Source: a virus
UHGV virus genome: UHGV-0341897
Direction: 5' to 3' (one strand)
DNA: 23,469 nucleotides
Position 1 is the stretch's first letter. Each line of letters begins with the position of its first letter. The notes beneath the pieces are model-generated. The model did no database searches. It worked only from the letters and a program-made list of their open reading frames with translations, and was not told where the DNA came from. Shown one piece after another: positions 1-7,885 of this stretch. The position numbers and the translations under genes are program-made.

Positions 1-156
1 CAGGTCAACATGCCAGCCGCCACCAACACCACCTGGATGACATGTGGCGATCCCTGTGATTCCGCACTGCGTATCTGGGGCGACACCGTTGTCGAGTGTG
101 TGCTTAACAAACTCTGCCCGTCGCATACCTACGTAATTTTTAAATATCCGGAGTAA
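1..156 (+). CDS. 3' end of an upstream phage tail/baseplate-region gene (partial, 5' end outside window)
   Basis: Frame 1 is open from position 1 to TAA at 154-156 (ends ...[13 protein letters not shown]) and sits immediately upstream of the tail-fibre ORF. Function inferred from position only. Confidence 0.35.
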   Translation, partial: QVNMPAATNTTWMTCGDPCDSALRIWGDTVVECVLNKLCPSHTYVIFKYPE

Positions 157-159
157 TCC

Positions 160-744
160 ATGCATCGTATAGACACGAAAACCGCGCAGAAGGATAAGTT
201 CGGCGCGGGTAAGAACGGTTTTACCCGTGGTAACCCCCAGACCGGCACACCTGCCACCGATCTGGATGATGACTACTTTGACATGTTGCAGGAGGAACTT
301 TGCAGTGTTGTGGAGGCATCCGGTGCCAGCCTGGAGAAGGGGCGGCATGACCAGCTGCTTACAGCGCTTCGTGCGCTGCTGTTAAGCCGCAAGAATCCGT
401 TTGGCGATATCAAATCGGATGGCACGGTGAAAACGGCTCTCGAAAACCTTGGTTTGGGAGAAGGTGCTAACTGGGTTATGTTACCTGGAGGAATGATAAT
501 TCAGCGTGTTTATCTTGGATTTCCTATTGGCACTAATGTAAGACATATAACTTTCCCCCGGTCGTTTACAACAACGAACTATTCCATCTCAATTAACTGG
601 AATGATATCGGTACTGTAACAACTGAAACACAATCACCAGCAAATGTGGCGGTTGTTCATCAAACAAAATCATTAACAGGGGCCAGCATCTGGCAGGCAG
701 GTCCCGGGGGATTTAATGTGGACATTATAGCGGTGGGGTATTGA
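160..744 (+). CDS. stfP: Side tail fibre protein, variable segment (StfP-like)
   Basis: 194-aa ORF starting [21 protein letters not shown]..., followed directly by a tail-fibre assembly gene. Resemblance to e14 StfP is recalled from memory, not searched. Confidence 0.65.
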   Translation: MHRIDTKTAQKDKFGAGKNGFTRGNPQTGTPATDLDDDYFDMLQEELCSVVEASGASLEKGRHDQLLTALRALLLSRKNPFGDIKSDGTVKTALENLGLGEGANWVMLPGGMIIQRVYLGFPIGTNVRHITFPRSFTTTNYSISINWNDIGTVTTETQSPANVAVVHQTKSLTGASIWQAGPGGFNVDIIAVGY

Positions 745-745
745 T

Positions 746-1174
746 ATGTACGTATGGAGCGCTAAAGCAAATGGCTTTTTCCCCATATCGGAGAAAGAAA
801 AATTTGAGGCATCAGGTCTGTGGCCTGATGATGGTGTAATAGTCAGTGAGGAAGAACATAAAAAGTTATTTATGGATATTCCACCAGGAAAACAGATTGG
901 AACACTGAATGGAAAACCAGCACTGATAGATATTCCTCAGCCGACCAAAAAGGAATTAATAGCTATTGCTGAAGTTAAAAAATCCCAATTACGGGAAAAG
1001 GCTGACAGTGAAATATCCTGGCGTCAGGATGCTGTTGATGCTGATATCGCAACTGATGAAGAAGCTACAACTCTCACCCAATGGAAGAAATACCGTGTGC
1101 TGCTGATGCGTGTTGATACGTCAACAGCACCCGATATTGAATGGCCTACGCCTCCGGCAGTTCAGGCCAGATGA
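746..1174 (+). CDS. tfaP: Tail fibre assembly protein (TfaP-like)
   Basis: 142-aa ORF starting 2 bp after stf, with the Tfa-type C-terminal motif DTSTAPDIEWP. Its 3' end overlaps the convergent tfa gene by 29 bp. Confidence 0.7.
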   Translation: MYVWSAKANGFFPISEKEKFEASGLWPDDGVIVSEEEHKKLFMDIPPGKQIGTLNGKPALIDIPQPTKKELIAIAEVKKSQLREKADSEISWRQDAVDADIATDEEATTLTQWKKYRVLLMRVDTSTAPDIEWPTPPAVQAR

Positions 1175-1739
1175 CATCCGGCGCGGTGCTGGTATCTGTT
1201 GCCGTCACCGCGTCAATGTAATCCAGCACGGCGTTAAGTCGGGTTGTTTCTGCCTGAGTCAGTTTCCGTCCGGCCTGTAATTTCAGCTGAATCAGACTAA
1301 TGGAAGCCATTGCTGCATCAATCAGTGACTGGCGCTGTGCTTCTGCCGCGTCTACTGCGGCACTGTGTTGTGCCTCAGTGTCTGTCACCCATTTCTCACC
1401 ATCCCATTTATCGTATGGCGTTAACGGTGAAAGCGTGACATAACCGTCTTTGATGGCACCGATATAATCCACTGTAACAGCTGCACCATTTTCGATTGAG
1501 TAAACAGTCTCATTGCGATGGTCTTCCTCATGGCTCCATCCCTTACCTGTAAATACCGTCACTCTTCCCAGAATGTTTTCGCCCGGGTCAATACCAGTTG
1601 AACAGGCGGGCATACTTACGCCAGTATTAATATATTCATCAGACCAGCCCGTATACTCAGATGTTTCAGCATCATAATAAAAACAACGCATATCGCCCGG
1701 CACTGTAGCCAGCCCATTTTCATCAAAAACAGGTTTCAT
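1146..1739 (-). CDS. tfaE: Tail fibre assembly protein (TfaE-like), convergent partner
   Basis: 197-aa ORF with the conserved Tfa C-terminal motif TDTSTAPDVIWP. It lies directly downstream of a fibre C-terminal segment on the minus strand. Confidence 0.75.
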   Translation of the reverse strand: MKPVFDENGLATVPGDMRCFYYDAETSEYTGWSDEYINTGVSMPACSTGIDPGENILGRVTVFTGKGWSHEEDHRNETVYSIENGAAVTVDYIGAIKDGYVTLSPLTPYDKWDGEKWVTDTEAQHSAAVDAAEAQRQSLIDAAMASISLIQLKLQAGRKLTQAETTRLNAVLDYIDAVTATDTSTAPDVIWPELPEA

Positions 1740-2221
1740 TATTTAGCCCTCACCAGAAAGTTAAATGCAATATTTCGCGGTCTGACAGCAACAAAATTCA
1801 CACCATCACCCACAGAGTTACTGGTGAAATTAAATCGTGAAAATCCTGGCTGATTTCCGGCGATGCCATCATGAAAGTTAATTGCGTGTCCCGCACCTTC
1901 GCCTATATTCCCGGCAAACTGAGAAAAGTTTGTAGCTGCCTGCCAGCTTAATAATTCGCGACCACCATCTGCACCTCGCCCGTCATCCCAGACACGAATG
2001 AAATCACCGCGTGCGTCAGGTAATGCCAACGCCGGAAACACTTTCGCCAGCACAGGGTAATCAGTGGCAGAAAATTTCGCCCCGTTGAACTTCAAAAACA
2101 CCATACTGGACCAGCTGTCGATTACAGTATTTGGCATTGCAGCGGACGCCCAGAAGAACGGAACGCCAATAGCTGGAGCACCTTCTCCCAAACTGCGATG
2201 GCTCACTGCTGATATGTGCAA
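1739..2221 (-). pseudogene. stfE: Side tail fibre C-terminal variable segment (StfE-like), without an N-terminal constant region
   Basis: 160-aa ORF ending ...RNIAFNFLVRAK, a Gly/Asn-rich fibre-tip sequence. The ORF track start is a TTG and no full-length fibre N-terminus lies upstream. This is the alternative module of an invertible-type cassette. Confidence 0.6.
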
Positions 2222-2415
2222 TCGACGGGGAGTTCAGGATCAAGCGATATCGGACTCATCCTCAACACCACCTGATTAATTTGGAGAGCGGGAGAAGGGA
2301 GATGCTACCAGTAGATGATGACGGTTACGGTTCTGCTCCCGCGATATTCGGGGTGATTACTTACATCATTAATGATGCGAGGAACGCGGAGTTTGATGAT
2401 TGTCCGGTGATGTAA

Positions 2416-3084
2416 TCATATTGGCGTTATTAGTTCGGCGCCCTGATTTTTCACATTCCCGACGGCACGCGTTACGGCGTGCCATATAAATTTATCAGCC
2501 GGTACAACACCGTCGGCTGCAATTTCCGCTGCTTCTTTCCCTCCAACATCCTGCCTCATCCATTCACGCGCGGCTTCCGGTAGCAGTACCAGTGGTCGTC
2601 TGTCGTGAATATCAACCAGTCCTTTGTCAGCTGCAGCTGTAACTATCAGGAAACCTTCTGCTTCATCTCCACGTTCGAATGGTGTGCTGCCGATCGCCGC
2701 CATAAAAATCGGCTGACCGTCTGCCCGGTGAATAAAGTAGGGTTGTTTTTGGTCGCCTTCCTTTTTCCACTCATACCATCCATCAGCAAAGCAAATTGCG
2801 CGGCCATGCTGCCAGAGTGGTTTAAACATTCTGCTGGTGGCAGCAGTTTCAGACCGTGCATTAATGAGCGGCGGTTTATCCCACCAACCGGGGGCGTATC
2901 CCCAGATAACTGGATCAAGATGCAACTGCTCATCACGTTCGCTCAGAAGCAGAACTTTTGTTCCTGGCGCTACGTTGAATCTTCCGATGGGTTCTGGATC
3001 GTATGGAATATCGCGTTCTGATTCATCAGCGAGAAGGGCAAGATAATCTTCACGGGTCATTGACTGTGAAAAGCGTCCACACAT
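2416..3084 (-). CDS. yedK: SOS-response-associated peptidase (SRAP; YedK/HMCES family, abasic-site processing)
   Basis: 222-aa ORF starting MCGRFSQ (the catalytic Cys2 signature of SRAP proteins), the same length as E. coli YedK. A GGAGG Shine-Dalgarno sits about 7 nt upstream of the ATG. Confidence 0.85.
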   Translation of the reverse strand: MCGRFSQSMTREDYLALLADESERDIPYDPEPIGRFNVAPGTKVLLLSERDEQLHLDPVIWGYAPGWWDKPPLINARSETAATSRMFKPLWQHGRAICFADGWYEWKKEGDQKQPYFIHRADGQPIFMAAIGSTPFERGDEAEGFLIVTAAADKGLVDIHDRRPLVLLPEAAREWMRQDVGGKEAAEIAADGVVPADKFIWHAVTRAVGNVKNQGAELITPI

Positions 3085-3318
3085 AGAAACCTCCAGCCGT
3101 ATGTCAGACTGAAAGTATAGGGCAGTTAGAAAAAGTGGTGCACACCGTTAAAGATTTAAAAGGAGCATGTAAGGTAAATCGGAATGATGGTTTTGTGAAT
3201 TGATGAATTCCGAAAGTGAAAAAGATACTTAATCATTGTGTGCTAGCGATACGGGGGCAACATTTGACGGGGTTTTTCCCCTGTAATTCCCCATTGCTTC
3301 CCCGTTCAGAAAACAGGC

Positions 3319-3349
3319 AAAAAAACCAGCCGTAACAGGCTGGTTCTTC
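3319..3349 (-). terminator. Rho-independent terminator immediately 3' of the tRNA-like fragment
   Basis: Minus strand reads AACCAGCC-tgttac-GGCTGGTT followed by TTTTTTT. Confidence 0.5.
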
Positions 3350-3358
3350 GAGGATTTT

Positions 3359-3410
3359 TGGTCAGCACGAGAGGATTTGAACCTCCGCCCCCGACACCCC
3401 ATAGCGGTGA
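3359..3410 (-). other. tRNA-Pro-like 3' half (T-arm, acceptor 3' strand and CCA; no 5' acceptor strand) - probable att-site remnant
   Basis: Minus strand reads ...CACCGCTATGGGGTGTCGGGGGCGGAGGTTCAAATCCTCTCGTGCTGACCA. It has a GGTTCAAATCC T-loop and terminal CCA and resembles E. coli proL as recalled from memory. No complementary 5' acceptor strand (CAGCACG) is found upstream. Confidence 0.5.
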
Positions 3411-3598
3411 TCTACCTTCTCATCAAGGGTAACCATGTGCCAGAAGCAGCCCTTGCGCACATTGGATGGGTATCAAATAATGAAGTAGGTCAACTTTATT
3501 AAATAAAATTGTGTTGGTTCAGATGATCGAATGGGAATGAATAGTTTATTACTTTTGGTGACCGCAAGCGCGATCACCTTCGATTTGGTGGCAATTAC

Positions 3599-4567
3599 CT
3601 AGAATGATGCACAATCTTTAAGCTCTTTTTCTAGTTGTTCAACCAAGTCACAGCATTTTTTGATAACATCTTTAACTGACTCTGAATCTAACTTATGAAA
3701 ATTACCATTTTTTGTTTTACCTGCTCGATGAACTAAGTCATGCCTAATTAACACGCTTTTATAAACTTCTGTGAAAACAGGGAATTTAATACCAAAGGTA
3801 TCTCGATACATGCCACTTACTTTTGGCAGATTATGATAAAGAACACTCTTCATAGACTCTATCGCTTGAGACTCTATTTGTTCATGCCTTATAAATAATT
3901 CAGAAAGTAAGAATTTTTCTGTATTGTAATCTTTGAAGGTTTCAACAAAATTTCTCAAATTAGTTTGGCTACCATGAATTAGGGAAATAAATCTGTCACA
4001 TAAATATGTTTCCAAGGAAGTTATTGTATTGGCATATAGCATATACGACATTTGTATTTGTAAAGTGCTATCAATTTTTAACTGAGCATCATTTAGTTTT
4101 ATGGCGTTCTGCATACTATTTTGGAATGTCATATAGACATCTCGTTCAGATAGCGTTCGATCATCAGAGTACTGCATATCAATAACATCTAGAATGCGCT
4201 GTTCAATTAATGAAGGTCTATTCAACTGTAATATATCTATAGTCGCATGTCCTCGCTCAGTTAAACCTTCTAAATATCCATTTTTATTTTGTTTTATATG
4301 TTCTGAAAAACTTTCATTTAAAGGATTTAGAAGTAATGGTTTGCCATTTTCATCGAGAGGAAACTGATCTTTTTTAATCATGCTACATGCCTTACAAGCG
4401 ATGAGCAGGTTGTCTGTAGCATCTTGGAAGTCAGTATACTTTGATTTTGGGAAAAAACGATCAACATCCGCCATCAATGGTTCATAAAGTTTAGTGCCAC
4501 AGTAAGCACATTGATGCTTAAACTTCTCCCATAGTTCAAGTTTAAACGTTTTATAATTCTTATTCAT
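3599..4567 (-). CDS. Orphan HNH-like zinc-finger nuclease-domain protein with a C-terminal helical domain carrying an Rx4HxR (HEPN-like) motif; candidate defence or restriction protein
   Basis: 322-aa ORF in a very AT-rich island. N-terminus has C-A-Y-C ... V-D-R-F-F-P ... D-N-L-L-I-A-C-K-A-C-S-M-I-K-K, an HNH/His-Me finger pattern with Arg where the catalytic His is expected. C-terminus has LIRHDLVHRAG. AAGGAA Shine-Dalgarno lies 8 nt upstream of the ATG. Confidence 0.75.
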   Translation of the reverse strand: MNKNYKTFKLELWEKFKHQCAYCGTKLYEPLMADVDRFFPKSKYTDFQDATDNLLIACKACSMIKKDQFPLDENGKPLLLNPLNESFSEHIKQNKNGYLEGLTERGHATIDILQLNRPSLIEQRILDVIDMQYSDDRTLSERDVYMTFQNSMQNAIKLNDAQLKIDSTLQIQMSYMLYANTITSLETYLCDRFISLIHGSQTNLRNFVETFKDYNTEKFLLSELFIRHEQIESQAIESMKSVLYHNLPKVSGMYRDTFGIKFPVFTEVYKSVLIRHDLVHRAGKTKNGNFHKLDSESVKDVIKKCCDLVEQLEKELKDCASF

Positions 4568-4640
4568 TGAATAGTTCCTTTATATTCTTGACTTGATTGT
4601 TTGTTTGCCAATTTAAGCCAAAGACACACGACTTTAATTG

Positions 4641-4676
4641 GGCTTGAATCATAGTTATATGTAATCTATTAAGCAA
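4641..4676 (-). promoter_or_regulatory. Putative sigma-70 promoter for the HNH-like gene
   Basis: Minus strand reads TTGCTT, a 17-nt spacer, then TATGAT, about 75 nt upstream of the ATG. Sequence-only prediction. Confidence 0.3.
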
Positions 4677-5011
4677 ACACTTTTCATTAATAGCATGAGA
4701 TAACGCTCAATTCTTTATTTTCCGGGAGTGTGTAACTTCATATCCACCTCTCACTCACAGCGTACGTTATTGGCGAAAAATTTAGTTAAGCCATTGATAG
4801 TTTGTGAAAACACGCATGATTTAAAATCCCTTTGCCGTGAAGGGGCTGATAGGTACAGGCACTTGTTTTTGCCCTCTAAAACGGTTATCAAAACCAAAAA
4901 ACATACATTGATAATCAATAGGTTAGGGGAAAGATAAAAGCCAGTTGATTTACAATAAAATTATAGGATTATTTTTATTTATCATGCGGTTGTATATGAA
5001 CCATCTAACTA

Positions 5012-5176
5012 CTGCTGCGCCATATGGGCTGGACTGAAGCCGCAGACCTGATTGTTAAAGGTATGGAAGGCGCAATCAACGCGAAGACCGTAACCTATGA
5101 CTTCGAACGTCTGATGGAAGGCGCTAAACTGCTGAAATGTTCAGAGTTTGGTGACGCGATCATCAAGAACATGTAA
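5012..5176 (+). pseudogene. icd: Isocitrate dehydrogenase 3'-terminal 165-bp segment (icdC-like att homology), not joined to an icd body
   Basis: Translation [54 protein letters not shown] matches the Icd C-terminus. An in-frame TAA lies immediately upstream, and the DNA further upstream is AT-rich and unrelated. Confidence 0.85.
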
Positions 5177-5199
5177 TCTCTACATGTGTTAAATATTGA

Positions 5200-5230
5200 A
5201 ACGGGCGTATAACACGCCCGTTGTTTTATG
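5200..5230 (+). terminator. Rho-independent terminator after the icd 3' segment
   Basis: Perfect 9-bp stem AACGGGCGT / ACGCCCGTT with loop ATAAC, followed by TTGTTTTAT. Confidence 0.65.
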
Positions 5231-5242
5231 ATGATGTAAAAT

Positions 5243-5279
5243 CTTCCCCAAAACTTTCCCCAAAACCCTTCCCCAAAAC
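5243..5279 (+). repeat. Three tandem 12-bp direct repeats (C/T)TTCCCCAAAAC between the att homology and int; candidate integrase arm-type binding sites
   Basis: Direct reading gives cttccccaaaac, tttccccaaaac, c, cttccccaaaac. An imperfect inverted copy (gttaggggaaag) lies near 4922-4935 on the other side of the icd segment. Confidence 0.55.
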
Positions 5280-5289
5280 TGGCTATTTT

Positions 5290-6432
5290 CTATGCTGTTT
5301 TGATATCTACGATAATCCAGTCTTTACCACGATCATCATTGTATCGGTCGGTCATTTTTCTGGATTTATGGCCTAACAACTTTTGCGTATCCAGACCCTG
5401 TTCCCGATATAACCGTTCTGACAGAGATCGCTGCTCATGAAATGTGGGCGCAGTTCCTTGCTCCCATTTTATGCCACATTTTTCCCTGGCCTTTTTAAAA
5501 GCCGTTGTCAGAGTATTCGCAGAAACCTGGTCTCCTCTGTTTGCTTGAGAGGTTGTGTGACGGTAATGGACCAGATATTTACTAACAACAGCATCCCTGC
5601 ACTGAGATATAACTTCACGAAGGGTAATATTCAGAGCATCGCATTTCAGGTTAAGCGGAATAGCAAGTTTTGAACCGGTTTTTTCCTGAGTAATGTGCAA
5701 CATGTCGTCCCAGATATCAGAGAATTTCAAATTGCAGATATCGCCTAAACGTTGTCCAGTGACAAGAGCAAGTAGCATCCCACATTTTAAATAGGGCTGC
5801 CGTCTGCTTACGCTGTCAAATATTGCCTGCCATTCGGGCAGTGATAATCTTTGGCGGTTTACTCGATTTCGCGGTTGTTTTGTTGCCTGCGCTGGGTTAA
5901 ATCCTGGCGGAACATGTCCTGCGTGTTGTGCTTCTTTGAAGACGTCGATTAACACCATTCTCACGACTTGCGCCATCCTGTTATGACCTTCAGCCTTTAC
6001 AGCATCAATTATTTCGGCAATATCAAGTGCGGTAATATCCTTGAGGTGTTGCATTCCACAATGCTCACGGAAAAGACGAATGGGTTTGCCTTTTTGCCGA
6101 TAGGAGTTGGGTCTTAGTTCATTATGTTGCAGCCTGTCCTCCTGGATAGAAATATATTTATCAAGCCATTCTGTCACCGTAATGTCTGAGCGCCTGCCTT
6201 TCATTCTTTCCAGACGCTCATTGACGCTTAATATTTGTCGGGTACGTTGTTCAGCAATAATGATATTTGCTTCAGTAGCAACTTGTTTTGCTTCATTCTC
6301 ATCAGTTCCTAAGCTATGAAAACGACCGGATAGTGGATGTTTGTATTGCCAATATACCTTTCCGGTTCGCTTATCTAATTTGCAATATAAATTGGGTATA
6401 GAGATTTTGTGAGATCGGGGTCTAGCAGCCAT
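5290..6432 (-). CDS. int: Tyrosine recombinase, lambda-family integrase
   Basis: 380-aa ORF whose C-terminus (HEQRSLSERLY ... LLGHKS ... TDRYNDDRGKDW) parallels the lambda Int catalytic region. It is adjacent to the att homology and overlaps xis. Confidence 0.95.
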   Translation of the reverse strand: MAARPRSHKISIPNLYCKLDKRTGKVYWQYKHPLSGRFHSLGTDENEAKQVATEANIIIAEQRTRQILSVNERLERMKGRRSDITVTEWLDKYISIQEDRLQHNELRPNSYRQKGKPIRLFREHCGMQHLKDITALDIAEIIDAVKAEGHNRMAQVVRMVLIDVFKEAQHAGHVPPGFNPAQATKQPRNRVNRQRLSLPEWQAIFDSVSRRQPYLKCGMLLALVTGQRLGDICNLKFSDIWDDMLHITQEKTGSKLAIPLNLKCDALNITLREVISQCRDAVVSKYLVHYRHTTSQANRGDQVSANTLTTAFKKAREKCGIKWEQGTAPTFHEQRSLSERLYREQGLDTQKLLGHKSRKMTDRYNDDRGKDWIIVDIKTA

Positions 6433-6658
6433 CAGCGATTATCCGTTGGAGTTTTGGGTTTGCGTTTATTGGGAGTTGCGGTTCTGCAAGCGTTCCTACA
6501 AAACGGGAATTTCGGTCAATCATCCAGTAGCGACCAACTTTTATAGCGGGTGGGGCCATCATTTTCCCTTGCGCGTATTTTTTCAGAACTCGCTCACTTG
6601 GTGCTAAGTCCCCAAATTCTTCTTTAGCCCAGTCCTGTAAAGTGATTAGTCGAGACAT
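6422..6658 (-). CDS. xis: Excisionase (lambda Xis-type)
   Basis: 78-aa ORF upstream of int and overlapping it by 11 bp. Starts MSRLITLQDWAKEE, similar to lambda Xis MYLTLQEW. Confidence 0.8.
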   Translation of the reverse strand: MSRLITLQDWAKEEFGDLAPSERVLKKYAQGKMMAPPAIKVGRYWMIDRNSRFVGTLAEPQLPINANPKLQRIIADGC

Positions 6659-6797
6659 TTGTCCTCCTCTTAGCTGCTGAGGGAGTTTGTGACCGATATA
6701 TCTGACATGATATTAAGCTCATGGCAGGTACATCTCTTGACTGGTCATAGAGATAAATTTAATGCTGAGAAATGCAGTATTGAATTTATCAATTTTT

Positions 6798-7037
6798 CTA
6801 TTTCCTGCGTATGGCACGTAACTTCTTAATGTGTTCTGCCGTTTCGATCTCTTCTGCTATCCGATCTGCATCAGCTTTATTCACAGGTTCAAAGTCATGA
6901 TTAAAGCGGAACATGCTGGCGATACATGTTCTGCCTTTTCGGATGTAGTGAACTTTGTTGTGGGTAGAACGCAGGATTTTGCAGGGAGTGCCGTGGTGGT
7001 CGACGTACCAGGTGTTAGGAAAAATGATTCTGAACAT
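6798..7037 (-). CDS. Hypothetical early-left (b2/ea-region) protein
   Basis: 79-aa ORF co-oriented with the int-to-exo gene string. No family recognised. Confidence 0.45.
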   Translation of the reverse strand: MFRIIFPNTWYVDHHGTPCKILRSTHNKVHYIRKGRTCIASMFRFNHDFEPVNKADADRIAEEIETAEHIKKLRAIRRK

Positions 7038-7084
7038 TTTTACACCTCAGTTGGACGATGTTGAAATTTGCTGCTTTGAGGCCA

Positions 7085-7303
7085 TCACAGTCCCCATTGT
7101 TTGTTCTTAAGTTCGATCTCCTCCTGGCAACTTGCACAAGTCCGACAACCCTGAACGGCCAGGCGTCTTCGTTCATCTATCGGATCGCCACACTCACAAC
7201 AATGAGTGGCAGATATAGCCTGGTGGTTCAGGCGGCGCATTTTTATTGCTGTGTTGCGCTGTAATTCTTCAATTTCTGATGCTGAATCAATGATGTCTGC
7301 CAT
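7085..7303 (-). CDS. DksA/TraR-family C4 zinc-finger protein
   Basis: 72-aa ORF with C-C-E-C ... C-R-T-C-A-S-C spacing typical of TraR/DksA-type zinc fingers common in lambdoid early regions. Confidence 0.65.
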   Translation of the reverse strand: MADIIDSASEIEELQRNTAIKMRRLNHQAISATHCCECGDPIDERRRLAVQGCRTCASCQEEIELKNKQWGL

Positions 7304-7353
7304 CTTTCATTAATCCCTGAATTGTTGGTTAATACGCTTGAGGGTGAATGCGA

Positions 7354-7379
7354 ATAATAAAAAAGGAGCCTGTAGCTCC
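7354..7379 (-). terminator. Rho-independent terminator downstream of the 93-aa ORF
   Basis: Minus strand reads GGAGC-tacag-GCTCC followed by TTTTTTATTATT. Confidence 0.5.
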
Positions 7380-7401
7380 ATGATGATTTTGTTTTTCATG
7401 T

Positions 7402-7683
7402 TCACCGTTCCTTAAAGACGCCGTTTAACATGCCGATCGCCAGGCTTAAATGAGTCGGTGTGAATCCCATCAGCGTTACCGTTTCGCGGTGCTTCTTCAG
7501 TACGCTACGGCAAATGTCATCGACGTTTTTATCCGGAAACTGCTGTCTGGCTTTTTTGATTTCATAATTAGCCTGACGGGCAATACTGCGAAGGGCGTTT
7601 TCTTGCTGAGGTGTCATTGAACAAGTCCCATGTCGGCAAGCATAAGCACACAGAATATGAAGCCCGCTGCCAGAAAAATGCAT
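7402..7683 (-). CDS. Hypothetical early-left protein (possibly starting at internal Met23)
   Basis: 93-aa ORF in the gene string between exo and xis. No family recognised. Confidence 0.45.
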   Translation of the reverse strand: MHFSGSGLHILCAYACRHGTCSMTPQQENALRSIARQANYEIKKARQQFPDKNVDDICRSVLKKHRETVTLMGFTPTHLSLAIGMLNGVFKER

Positions 7684-7693
7684 TCAGTGGTTG

Positions 7694-7885
7694 TCATACC
7701 TGGTCTCTCTCATCTGCTTCTGCTTTCGCCACCATCATTTCCAGCTTTTGTGAAAGGGATGTGGCTAACGTATGAAATTCTTCGTCTGTTTCTACTGGTA
7801 TTGGCACAAACCTGACTCCAATTTGAGCGAGGCTATGTGCCATCTCGATACTCGTTCTTAACTCAACGGGAGATGCTTTGTGCAT
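7694..7885 (-). CDS. Hypothetical early-left protein
   Basis: 63-aa acidic ORF co-oriented with the operon. Confidence 0.4.
   Translation of the reverse strand: MHKASPVELRTSIEMAHSLAQIGVRFVPIPVETDEEFHTLATSLSQKLEMMVAKAEADERDQV

Noticed and set aside
2222-2415. Pin/Gin-type invertase gene or crossover site next to the fibre cassette
   Set aside because: There is no ORF with a serine-recombinase N-terminus here and I found no gix/hix-like inverted repeat. Only short overlapping ORFs (2061..2243, 2064..2279) are present.
2605-3046. ORFs 2605..3021 (+), 2646..2936 (-) and 2837..3046 (+) overlapping the yedK-like gene
   Set aside because: They lie entirely inside a well-supported gene in other frames or antisense, with no independent signals. 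Treated as shadow ORFs.
3359-3440. A complete tRNA gene
   Set aside because: Only the 3' half is recognisable and no 5' acceptor strand complementary to CGTGCTG is present. Recorded as a fragment.
4728-4937. 69-aa plus-strand ORF in the AT-rich spacer upstream of the icd segment
   Set aside because: It has no ribosome-binding site, gives a low-complexity AT-rich translation, and lies in the probable promoter and att arm region.
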